Assembly: GCA_002269645.1 (NCBI GenBank)
Contig: NIVC01003307.1
Location: 1 to 64,000 of the forward strand
Origin: Macrostomum lignano
Lineage: Eukaryota
DNA length: 64,000 nt
Reading direction: 5' to 3'
The stretch's first letter is position 1. Each line of letters starts with the position of its first letter. Below the pieces are notes generated by a model. That model saw only the letters and a program-made list of their open reading frames with translations. It did no database searches and was not told where the DNA came from. The position numbers and the translations under genes are program-made. Positions 1 to 11,251 of the stretch are shown here, one piece after another.

Positions 1-93
1 AAAACGCGATGTTTCTCACTTCCAATTCGACGAACAGTGAGCGACAGCTTTGAAGCCCCCTTGAAAATCTTGACGTAGTCGTCGTGGGAGACT

Positions 94-3000
94 TCATTCT
101 TCAGCACGCTTCGTTGGATGCCTTTTGCTTTTGCTTTGCATGCCGCCGGAGCTTTCAGCGAGGAAAGAATAGAGCTTGGGCCTTAGCAGCACCCACTCAA
201 TCTGTTGCAGTCCACCAGCTTCATCTTTAATGCAGCCTAGCTTGGCCTTTAGTCGATTCGAGAAGAAGAAGGAATTAGTGAAAAATTGGAGTGTCCAAGA
301 GGCCTTCGGCATGCAGGATTGGCAGCACTTCTCTCTGCAAACTAAGGTTTCTAAGCTCAAAAACAACGAGTCTGTATCGCTACCGCAAACTCGAACTCTT
401 GCTCCATCACGGAATTCTAGCATGGGTTTTATTTTGTCATAGTAAAGTCGATACATGATGATCTGGAGGCGATCTAGAACACACTGCCCCATGAAATTGG
501 GCGATCAAGAGTTACTTCGTGCTTTTGAAGCTCAATAGATGCTGAGTGACGGCGTAATGATTGTGAATGATGCGACATTTGGTTGAGAAGAAACAGTATT
601 GGCTTTTTTCTGTCAGTACACACTCTGATGTCCCGCCGCTTGCGCACGTTCTCCATTGTTTTGCCAAACAGGAGTTATTTTTCAGTTTATAGAAATCCTT
701 CTCGAAATCATTTTTCGCCATAGAGCGCTTCTCGCTATTCATCTTAATGTAGCGCGAAGACAGGTTCTTGCCTGAATTCGATCATCCTGTGGAGCCCATG
801 CAACTTCATTCCGTGCGATAGATAGAATCGGAGAGCAGACGAGTGCAGTACATAGGAAAACTTGTTGTGGATGTGAGCATTAATTTTTGTACTCCACGGT
901 AGCGCGCAACGGTAGGATTCTCAGTCGTGTTCGCGTCGGGCTGCTGCTGCTGATGATGCTGAGAATGATCATTGTCATGTTGAAGCAGTACCATAATTCT
1001 CGCATGTACTGCGGAAATTCTTCAAAATTCGGACACCTTTTCTCTGGGGCGAATGGAAGATCCTCCGTTGCCGTGTGGATTTCGGCTGGGTAGAGCAAAT
1101 CCGCTTCGACAAGGTAGCCGATTGGAGCGTCATCATCCAGGGAAAGAAAGCGGCACTCGGACCAGGAGCACAGCTCCTCTTGACTGAGCCAGCGAAAGCC
1201 GCCAACAGGTAGGGGCATTGTGAGCGCATGACCATAAAGGTTATTAGCATCAACAGCCAGTAAACTCCTACCTGCTGGTTCATTATCATCATCACTACTT
1301 TCGCTCTGGACATGATGTACATTGACAAAAGACATTCCACCCCGAATTCCTTTCTCAAACATTTTATACATCTCGAGGTCAGTTAGCAGTTCGATCTTGA
1401 CTTGAGAAGACTTTAGTGCAGAAGCGAATGATAAGCCTGGGAGTTGACACAAAATGCACCGGATCTAGCTTGTCTTCCTGCAAACTCAGCCTTCGAAACC
1501 CTTCAAAGATATCTGCTAGTTGCCTGATGTCCAGCTCCAAGTAGCAGAGCATGTAATCGCGCAATGTTGTAGATTCGAATTCAGTCCAGGCCTTCTGCGC
1601 ATGCCGATACTCCGCCTCGGTACAGTGGCTGTTGGTGAGTCGGTTAAAAAAGCTTTCTACTTTGGTAGTTGGCGATCATCAAGCACATTCAAATTCGAGA
1701 GATAATCATACGGGAAAACTCCCTTACTAAACAGTAATCGCTTGAGAGATTTGGATACTTTGATCGCATCGCATTAGTGATGGGACAGTTGTCCTCCGGC
1801 AAGTTCTTAATAAGTTGAGAGAGACTGCTGTGTAGGAATTGCAGTGAGTCGATGAATTGTAGCGTGAAAAACAGGGGCTTTTTTACGCCATCTTTCTCAT
1901 ACTCATCAATCTGGAACTCGACCCTCATGGAGAGGTACGACTCGGCAGTTTGGGGGATGACGCTCACCCTCCAACCAGTCATGTCACCCAGCGCAGTTGA
2001 GAAAATCAAATGCAGGTCATATCCGCGAAGATTGTGGAAAACTATTGGCAAAAATCGCCGTTTCAGCCGAGCAAGCTTGTTACACGAAGCGCAGGCAGCA
2101 CCCTTGTATTCACCGCTGAGGTGGTCGTGATCCCAGTGCTTGTCAGAAGATGAAATGAACACTGCATTGCATAAATAGCACTGTGTGGAATCTTGAAAGC
2201 TGCGCCTGTTGTCATCACTGTTTCTGTCAGCAATCTGATGACTAAACTCGGTATTCCAACCATAAACTTCACGAGCAAGACGTTCGAGTGAGGCCAAAAA
2301 CTGTTTCACGACAGAATTCGGATTGGGTCCGCTGCAGAGGAAAACATCCTCACTCGGCCTCAGAATTTTGCTGCTCATACCCTCTCTTGGAATAACAATG
2401 TAGCCAGCAGCTACAGGTACATGCTCAGTTAACTTGGTGACAGTAACTTCTCTTTCAGGCTTCACTGGTTCACGTGGGGTGTTCAGAGCTTCAAAATCTG
2501 CGTAGACAACAAATGGGGGACTGATTGTCTTTTCCCAAGCCATGAACTGCATTGTGTTGCTACTTGCATCAGGCATGCGCTCCATGATGGCTGGTTTCAG
2601 TTGAGGATTGCAGCTGTCTCGATGCTGCTCCAACTCTTCCTGGAATCGAAACGGAGAAATGCACTTCTCACACCATTTGCGATTCCTCAGACCTTTTTTG
2701 CTGTTCAGGAGCCGGTCCAGGTTCGAAACTGCACACCAGTGTCCAGTCCCACAATTCTCATCACCACCATCATCATCATCAGCATCATCGGAGCTGGAGT
2801 TGCGAAGCAAGAGTAGAGGAATAACCTTGCGAGAGGCACAAATCCCAGGAAGAGGCTGGCGAATGACATAGGCCTCATCATCTTCCCAGCTAAAAACTGT
2901 GAAACAGATTTCGGAATTCTTTTCCTCTATAACGTCTAAATCGGAAATTGCGACTGGTAGTGCGATGCCGCTCAGATCGATTTCATCCAACCATCTGCTG

Positions 3001-3607
3001 TAAGTTGTTAGTCGATGGCAAGACTTCATCACACCTGGATCTCTGATGTGCAGGTAAGCGAGACAGGCAAACAGAAAGCAATTGTTTCCATCGCTCGGTG
3101 GGTTGATTATGGCCTTCTTGACGGCCAGCTGATTGGGCAAAGAAAAATTCGCGCATCGTCCACGATAGTAGCGAATGCGATCAGTGAGGGCAGAGCACAG
3201 ATCAAAATAGTTGATTTGCTCAACTATCCAACCGCTCCCATTTGAATTGTAGGCATCAATCTTGCGTTCCAGCCAGAAAACTGCTGCAACCACCACAATT
3301 CAAAATCTCTTAGATCAGAGAGAAGCTCAAGACCGCATGCGATCCACTTATCTTCTGCATTGATTACCGCAGCTTCCTTGATTCTCACCATTCTAATGTT
3401 GAACTTAAGCTGCGCTCGAATAGATTTATTCTCGGATGAATCGAATCTCATCTCAACAGCCTGTAGCACTGCAAACTTCGTTGATGATAAAAAATGAAAT
3501 GGCTCGAGACCTCTTGATGCTGGAGTGAAGCGTCTGACCTGCAGCGTGTCATCATGCGCACTAGCGTGAATAGCCGAGCTGAATTGAATGCCTGCATGAA
3601 TTAGCAT
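94..3607 (-). pseudogene. Polinton/Maverick (adintovirus-like) protein-primed DNA polymerase B, broken by frameshifts and a stop
   Basis: Motifs in successive frames: GSGW; Cys/His insert CYLC...DHDHLSGEYKGAACASCN; FHNLRGYD; FIDSLQFL; KGVFPYDY (read in a shifted frame, 1690-1720); GIRGG; VDANNLYG; FEKDFYKLKNN / MENVRKR; SDTDSL; LRPKLYSF. In-frame TAG near 1657. ORF 3224-3607 is probably the frameshifted N-terminus. Confidence 0.9.
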
Positions 3608-3679
3608 GTTGTTGGGTGTACGCGTTTCACTCGACAGTTAAAATTTATAAATCATAATCCTAATTCCACCTCATTATGG

Positions 3680-4615
3680 TGCGGGAATCGGTTAATCAGG
3701 AATCAGTGAATCGGGAATCGGCGAATCGGGAATCGGTGAATCAGGAATCGGCGAATCGGGAATCGGTGAATCAGGAATCGGCGAATCGGGAATCGGTGAA
3801 TCGGGAATCGGCGAATCGGGAATCGGCGAATCAGGAATCGGTGAATCGGGAATCGGCGAATCGGGAATCGGCGAATCAGGAATCGGTGAATCGGGAATCG
3901 GCGAATCGGGAATCGGCGAATCAGGAATCGGTGAATCGGGAATCAGTGAATCAGGAATCGGGAATCAGTGAATCGGGAATCGGGAATCGGTGAATCGGGA
4001 ATCGGCGAATCGGGAATCGGTGAATCGGGAATCGGCGAATCGGGAATCGGTGAATCGGGAATCGGCGAATCGGGAATCGGTGAATCGGGAATCGGCGAAT
4101 CAGGAATCGGTGAATCGGGAATCGGCGAATCGGGAATCGGTGAATCGGGAATCGGTGAATCGGGAATCGGCGAATCGGGAATCGGTGAATCGGGAATCGG
4201 CGAATCGGGAATCGGTGAATCGGGAATCGGCGAATCGGGAATCGGTGAATCGGGAATCGGCGAATCGGGAATCGGTGAATCGGGAATCGGCGAATCGGGA
4301 ATCGGTGAATCGGGAATCGGCGAATCGGGAATCGGTGAATCGGGAATCGGCGAATCAGGAATCGGTGAATCGGTAATCAGTGAATCAGGAATCGGGAATC
4401 AGTGAATCGGGAATCGGGAATCGGGAATCGGTGAATCGGCGAATCGGGAATCGGTGAATCGGGAATCGGTGAATTGGTGAATCGAGAATCAGTGAATCGG
4501 TGAATCGGCGAATCGGGAATCGGTGAATCGGCGATTCGGGAATCGGTGAATCGGGAATCAGTGAATCGGTGAATCGGTGAATCGGGAATCGGTGAATCGG
4601 CGAATCGGGAATCGG
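3680..4615. repeat. 15-bp minisatellite (GAATCGGGAATCGGY) built on AATCGG
   Basis: Direct tandem units; explains the spurious NRES/GIGES ORFs. Confidence 0.97.
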
Positions 4616-5400
4616 GTTTCGTGACTACTTTTGCTTGTATTTATAGAGGGAAGAGTCTACTTTACTGGCTTTACTAATCACATTGGATTGACTCACTGGT
4701 TGGTTCGATTTCGATAGCAAAATTGGTAGACTCAAGCGGCCGATCACTTGCTGATGATGATGATGAAGTGTCTCTCGAAGAAGCCATCTCGGTTCGGTTG
4801 ATGACACGGCTTAGAGCATTTTCGATGAGAATTAGATGAGGAAATTTGCTGAAATACATATTTGTGAAATTATTTTTTCTTGCAAAAGTAAATTTAAATC
4901 CCTAATTTGTGGATATACGCTCGTATTAAGTGTACATATTTTCGAAAGTTGTACTTCGGGTCTTGTCGTTACGTGTCAAATTTCGGGTCTAATAAAGGGT
5001 CTAATAAAAGGGTTTAATAAAAGGGTCTTATAAAACGAATTCTAAAAATATTTCAAAATAACTCAAAGCTGCAAACTTTTCCAAAATTCAGCGCTTCATT
5101 GCGCTTTAAAATTTATATTTTAAAAAAGCAATGATACGCTACATTATTAGAAGCACAAGTTAAAGAAGGAGATTACAAACCCAAACAGAATCAAACCCAA
5201 TCTGCATTCACACCCAAGCACAGCTTGATCAACGCGCACTGCCTGCATAAATATGAACTTTAAAAATAGCAATGAGATGTTGAAAAGAAAAATAAATATT
5301 ATTCACTTTTGCAATATACAGATAATCATCTCGCAATTTAATTCAACACAGAATGTTTGCTAATTTAATATTTAACGACTGGTACATTAGAATTATTAGT

Positions 5401-6312
5401 TTAGAATTGAGAATTGCTCAGGCGAATACGGAAAGCCCCTCCCAAGTCAATCCAATATTCACCCGTAACACTGTTGGGCAGAACCAGCTGGATGCAGAGA
5501 GGTGCTGGCTGCTGCACTTCATTAGCGGCCGCAGGCTGAACCTCAGTCGGTGGTGGCGGTGGTGCAGGCGCAGGGCCTGAGTCCATATCGCGAATCAGGT
5601 CAGACAGGCTGACTTCGGCCGCAGGCTGAACCTCAGTCGGTGGTGGTGGTGGTGGAGGCGCAGGGCCTGAGTCCATATCGCGAATCACGTCGGACAGGCT
5701 GACTTCTGCCAGCATCCTGGCACGCTCCATATTTTTTTCGGGAACAGGGATTGCACGCCGCTGCTGCTGCTGTTGCATTTCTTGCTGCTCCTGTGCTTCA
5801 GGCTCACCATCGAGGTTCTCGAAGAAAGCGGTGTCCAGCTCATTCAGCTCGAAGTCAGGGGTGCCACCTCCATCAGCAGCATCAAGCAGGGGAGCTCCGA
5901 CATCACCGTCGAGTAGAGCAGCAGAAGCAGCAGCAGGCTGGGCGTTGGGCTGGTCACCAGTGTTCGTTACTCGGCCGCATAAGCTCGTGATAACTTGACT
6001 CAAAGTGCTCACCGGCTCTCGAATGCGTTCTGCCGCCCTGTTGCATTCCTCTTGACGTGCAACTTCCAGAGCAGTAATGCGTGCCTGCTCGCGGTCTTCA
6101 GCAGAGCTCCAATTAACAGTCGAATGATTTTTATGCCTTTTGATTTGGCCTCTAACGGTGAAGAGCTCAACGGACTGGCATTCATGGCATAGTAGCCATC
6201 GGGTGACACTGCAGCCTTCATTCGCTACATGGTGCTTTAGTCCACCGAGCATACTAATATTGCAGGCGACACACACCTCATGAACGTAGGATGGGCACCG
6301 AGAATGGCTCAT
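5401..6312 (-). CDS. Intronless 303-aa protein with two N-terminal zinc-finger-like motifs and a 30-aa tandem duplication; function unknown
   Basis: ATG-initiated after AT-rich upstream sequence; CVAC...HH...C and CHEC...HKNH motifs; 90-bp duplication at 5531 and 5621. Confidence 0.6.
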   Translation of the reverse strand: MSHSRCPSYVHEVCVACNISMLGGLKHHVANEGCSVTRWLLCHECQSVELFTVRGQIKRHKNHSTVNWSSAEDREQARITALEVARQEECNRAAERIREPVSTLSQVITSLCGRVTNTGDQPNAQPAAASAALLDGDVGAPLLDAADGGGTPDFELNELDTAFFENLDGEPEAQEQQEMQQQQQRRAIPVPEKNMERARMLAEVSLSDVIRDMDSGPAPPPPPPPTEVQPAAEVSLSDLIRDMDSGPAPAPPPPPTEVQPAAANEVQQPAPLCIQLVLPNSVTGEYWIDLGGAFRIRLSNSQF

Positions 6313-6894
6313 GGTTTAAAATTTAATCAAGGGGTTTTTTGTGAAAATTTGAAATTTCGAAGTCCGTTTAAATCTCAACAAAATATATTTTAATGGCTCA
6401 GTAGAATTTTTCAGTCCTTATATTCAAATCACCAGGCAATATCGCCTATATGTACACATACAGATATGTTTACACGTTACATATGTGTATGCACTAATTA
6501 TTTTCTTACCGTTATTGAGCAATAATAATAATAAAACTGATAACATTCCCCCCGTCCCGTGCATCAGTTAGTTTTAAAGACCTCCACCCCAGACCTGCAC
6601 CCCACTTCCCCGCGGCCAAATCAGCAGTATCAAGAAAAACAATAACAAGGCAATAAACGGCGCTTTGCGAGCTCACTTTCACAACAAATTCAGTCCAGTT
6701 TGCGAGACTCGTACTAAAGTGCGGAGGAACTCATGAACATAGGCCTATGTATTCCCACTGCCAACAAAGTTTAAATATTGTGGAGATCGGAAGCCAGGTT
6801 CGCCCAATTTTCAATTAACTATGGTTAATGTACGCTAGAGGAGTTTTTTACTATTTTAGAGTCAGTTTTGGGCTTCCCAGGAACTTATGCTGCT

Positions 6895-7410
6895 TTCCCC
6901 TGCGGCAGAGTCCACCAATCCATTTACATAGAGCTCTATTCGGCTTTTTTCATTGAAGATCGAGTAGTAGGAAAATGAAAAGCGTCAAATTTTTCTTTTT
7001 TTGTCTAATTAGATTAATTACTTCTCAAAGGATAAAAACATTTTCATTTAAAATCTAGAAACTAGTATTCTTTTGAAATGTTTGAAATGTTATTTCAAAT
7101 TCGTCCTTTCGTTTCTATAGAAATACGATAAAAGATCGAGAAAATTTCTCGAACCGAATTCCAGAATCGGATCGCGGTTTTGGAACCGACTATGAAAACG
7201 GAACAGACAATATGAAAAGCTTCGAACCGATTCTGGTCCTGGAATCGGTCATATGAAAAGCCCGTATATTTCGCTCTCCGACCCCCCCCCCATGGAAATT
7301 CCGTGGCTTTCCCTGCGGCAGAGTCCACCAATGCATTTACATAGGCGCTATGTTTACACACATAGGCCCGTGGTTTTCCCACGGAAATTCCTGCGGCAGA
7401 GTCCACATTT
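6895..7410. repeat. Three dispersed direct repeats CCTGCGGCAGAGTCCAC, with short palindromes between them
   Basis: Copies near 6895, 7309 and 7389; palindrome 7137-7151; hairpin 7227-7248. Confidence 0.8.
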
Positions 7411-7421
7411 CCCCTACTACT

Positions 7422-7965
7422 CACTATGGCAATGAGATTCTCCCTAAATCCACCACTATAGCAATGAGATTCTCCCCAAATCCACCACTATAGCAATGAG
7501 ATTCTCCCCAAATCCACCACTATAGCAATGAGATTCTCCCCAAATCCACCACTATAGCAATGAGATTCTCCACAAAATCCATCACTATAGCAATGAGATT
7601 CTCTCCAATCAGCCTCTACATTGCTTGAACTTCAAGCTCCCAGAAGCCCCACCTGCAACCCACTTGGCAGCTGGCCAGCAGCGCGGACGCCTCCCCAGCC
7701 GACATCGCACTGGACAGATCCGGGGACAACGGGCCGCGCTGGTGGGTCTCAGAAATCCCATTGGGAGTCAGTCTGTCTCAGAAATCCCATTGGGAGTCAG
7801 TCTGTCTCAGAAATCCCATTGGGAGTCAGTCTGTCTCAGAAATTCCATTGGGAGTCAGTCTGTCTCAGAAATCCCATTGAGAGTCAGTCTGTCTCAGAAA
7901 TCCCATTGGGAGTCAGGATCTGTCTCAGAAATCCCCATTTAGAGTCAGTCTGTCCCAGAAATCCC
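7422..7965 (+). pseudogene. Inverted, internally deleted fragment of LRRC40: intron-1 satellite, first 76 nt of exon 2, intron-2 satellite
   Basis: 7600-7746 is the reverse complement of about 13155-13305 (2 substitutions in the exon part, small intronic deletion). About five 32-bp units lie before it and about seven 29-30-bp units after it. Confidence 0.92.
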
Positions 7966-8489
7966 AAAAAATCAAAAAAAAACTGAAGCAGGTAGCCAAT
8001 AATTAGATTCGAGGCACAGGCAGCCTCAAGACATAGATAAAAGCAAACTGCCATAGAAAAAAGACTGCTTCGACATTTCCAAGCTTTTCTCTTGTTTAAA
8101 TTGATTGTAAACTGTTTAATATTGATTAAGAGTTGTCAAGAATGAATTGGAATTTTCGGGTACCCGAATTTTTTAAGTCAGGATATTTTTGTCAGTGTAT
8201 GAGAGGATGCAGAAAATTTTTGATCAGTACTTGTAGATCTCCAAAACAAGGTCAGAATGAGCTGCTTTAGCACCGTTCAGGCTTTTATTGAATTACTGTA
8301 TTACCGAATTCTCTCAGCATTGTCGAAATTAAAACAGAATTTGTCAAAAATGAAGCTTGATCTGTCAATATTAATTGTAGATTTTGGCTGCCCGGCCATA
8401 TAGAGTGTCAATATTGAAGACCAATATTGAAGTCCATGGCTGGGAAACCAGGCATGCGGACAGGCCAGGAAAATTGGAATACAAGTTGG

Positions 8490-8910
8490 CTACAAGGCAA
8501 AAGCAGGACTAGGGAGATGTAGATAGGAATTATTTAAGTGGAACAAAATATATGAGTTAAATGGAAAAAATATTTTGAGAAGAGAATATTGAGACATAAG
8601 AGAGATGGAAAAATAGGGTAGACTGACGAAAAGCAGGGTAGAGATGGGGCAGAGATGGTTGGAGATGAGAAAGAAAAGAGATGTGTTCGGGAATGGGAGA
8701 CAGAAGAGCTGGAAGACTGTGCATGGAGCTGTACAGACAGAGATGGGTAAGAGATAGGAGAATGGGAAAAATGGGGGGGAGAATGGGACTGATAGTGGGA
8801 GAGATGGAGGACAATGAAGGAGAGATGGGGGAGTTGGATGAGAGAAGGAGGGTAAAAGGGAGAGAGAGAGAAGGGGAGATATGGTAGAGATAAAAGAGAA
8901 ATGAACGAGA

Positions 8911-8950
<40 letters not shown>
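8490..8950. repeat. GA-rich purine tract ending in (GA)n
   Basis: Low-complexity purine run; (GA)n at about 8914-8950. Confidence 0.8.
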
Positions 8951-8952
<2 letters not shown>

Positions 8953-9810
8953 TCGAGTATGTCTCGTAAGCTAGTCACTAAAGACAAAAAGCGATGGTGC
9001 GAACTAACCGACTATAAGACTCCGCACAACTCACCCCAAACGACTGTGGCGCAGCATTTGGTGAACAACCAAAAAAATTCCACGGCCAAGTCGTCGCCTC
9101 GAAACTCGACGCAGGCGAAATCGTCAGCTCAACTAAATGTGGATCTGGCGTGGCTCAGTGCTGGAACTGTCTGGTTTGCGCTCCGGCTGTCCTCGCGGTA
9201 TCTGCACAGCAGTGGCTGATCCAGTGAGCTCGCAGTTCAGTCAGCAGCGAGATGTTTCTCTACTTGGATTTTCAGAGTCAGATAAGAAGTACGCTCGTAG
9301 CTATGCTGTATCCCGAACCTGTTTAGCCTCTGAATACCCTGTGATTTACGATTATCTGCACTGCAATCAAACCAAATTGGTATTCTCAAGCCTGACCCAC
9401 CATTCATTCAATGTATTCAATCTGCTCATAATTAATCTTAATTTCTAAGCCAACCCAGTCACTGGACTAAATCGCAAATCCAATAGCTGTCAATTTGTTT
9501 TATTCTCGGATCCTACAACTCCGAATTATTAGCGTGAACGCCATCATTATCTGTTTTTGTCCTGGCTTCAGTGTGCGAGCCAAAGTCTCCAAAATGCGAG
9601 GAGAGAGAGCGACAGTTTCGGTACTAAAAAATAAAGTACTTTGCCGGTTCCGGCCTCGTTTGCGCCACCTGTTCGCTTACTGTTTTCTATGCCCCTCACT
9701 GAACGGAATTTATGCAACGTAAATCAAGAAATCGATATTAAACTGTATAATTTGTATGCATAAAAACAAAAAGGAAAATTGAGCATACAAAGCAGGCACT
9801 TTTACAAGCA

Positions 9811-9816
9811 TTTATT
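9811..9816 (-). terminator. Candidate AATAAA polyadenylation signal of LRRC40
   Basis: TTTATT on + strand about 280 nt past the stop; other ATTAAA/AATAAA hexamers also lie nearby. Confidence 0.35.
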
Positions 9817-10091
9817 ATTACATATTGATGCTGTGTGACATGAATGCTTAATACACAGAGCACTGGTACTGTACAGTCACAACGGACACCGTCGCATTCA
9901 CGGGTAAGTGAAACCTTAAAAATGAAGCTATTATCTCGATATTGACATCTCTGTGCACCTAAGCAAAGTCTTTGCTTGAAAATAAAAATCCTCAAATTTT
10001 TAATCTCATTTTGAATTGCAATAATGCTAAGCTGTAAACTACTTATTCGAGTAGTAATCATAGCGCACTAAATCTGTAATCAAATCCAATT

Positions 10092-10510
10092 CTAACCGGC
10101 AATCCTATTGCGCAGGTATTCTAGCACAAAAGCGGTGCCCTTGGCCAGCTGATCGGGCCGTGGCACCCGAAACCGGTTGCCCTCCAGGTGCAGATTGCGC
10201 AGGTTGGTGCACAGGCCCAGCTGGGGAGGCACCGTAGCCAAGCTGTTATTGGTCAGATCCAGCGTGGCCAAGCTGCTCATGCCGCGCAGTCTGTCCGGCT
10301 GCAAGGTCGCGATGCAGTTATTAGCCAATAGGACGGTTTCCAGGCGGGGCAGACTGTACAGCGGCTCAGGAAATTCTGCTATGCGATTGTAGGACAGCAC
10401 GAGATTCTGCAGCTGCTTGAGCTGGGACACCTCCATGGGTAGGCTGGTGAGCTGGTTGACTGACAGATCTAATACCTGCAAATGAGCAGTAGTAGTACTA
10501 GTAGTAGTAT

Positions 10511-10566
<56 letters not shown>

Positions 10567-10645
10567 GTAGTAGTATTAGTAGTAGTAGTAGCAGTAATAG
10601 TAGTAGTAGTAGCAGTAGTAGTAGTATTAGTAGTAGTAGTAGTAT

Positions 10646-10685
<40 letters not shown>

Positions 10686-10686
10686 T

Positions 10687-10729
<43 letters not shown>

Positions 10730-10769
10730 CGGTAGTAGTAGTAGTAGTATTAGTAGTAAAAGTAGTAGC

Positions 10770-10801
<32 letters not shown>

Positions 10802-10934
10802 CAGTAGTAGTAGTATTAGTAGTAGCAGTAGTAGTAGTAGTAGTAGTAGTAGCAGTAATAGTAGTAGTAGTATTAGTAGTAGTAGTAGTAGTAGCAGTAG
10901 TAGTAGTAGTAGTATTAGTAGTAGTAGTAGTAGC

Positions 10935-10969
<35 letters not shown>

Positions 10970-10971
10970 CA

Positions 10972-11007
<36 letters not shown>

Positions 11008-11108
11008 GCAGTAGTAGTAGTAGTAGTAGTAGTAGCAGTAATAGTAGTAGTAGTATTAGTAGTAGTAGTAGTAGTAGCAGTAGTAGTAGTAGTATTAGTA
11101 GTAGTAGC

Positions 11109-11140
<32 letters not shown>

Positions 11141-11171
11141 CAGTAGTAGTAGTAGTATTAGTAGTAGTAGC

Positions 11172-11203
<32 letters not shown>

Positions 11204-11204
11204 C

Positions 11205-11251
<47 letters not shown>

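Larger units (their letters stand above)
1..6400 (-). mobile_element. Probable Polinton/Maverick remnant (polB, satellite, co-oriented intronless ORF); boundaries unresolved, likely continues left of the window
   Basis: pPolB identity is solid. Including 3.6-6.4 kb is inferred from adjacency and co-orientation only; no TIR or TSD found. Confidence 0.45.

Noticed and set aside
4625-4859. Short minus-strand ORFs as a polB N-terminus separated by the satellite
   Set aside because: No recognisable motif and no demonstrable frame link.
8910-8950. (AG)n as a Polinton terminus
   Set aside because: Wrong orientation for the right end of an element lying to the left; ordinary microsatellite.
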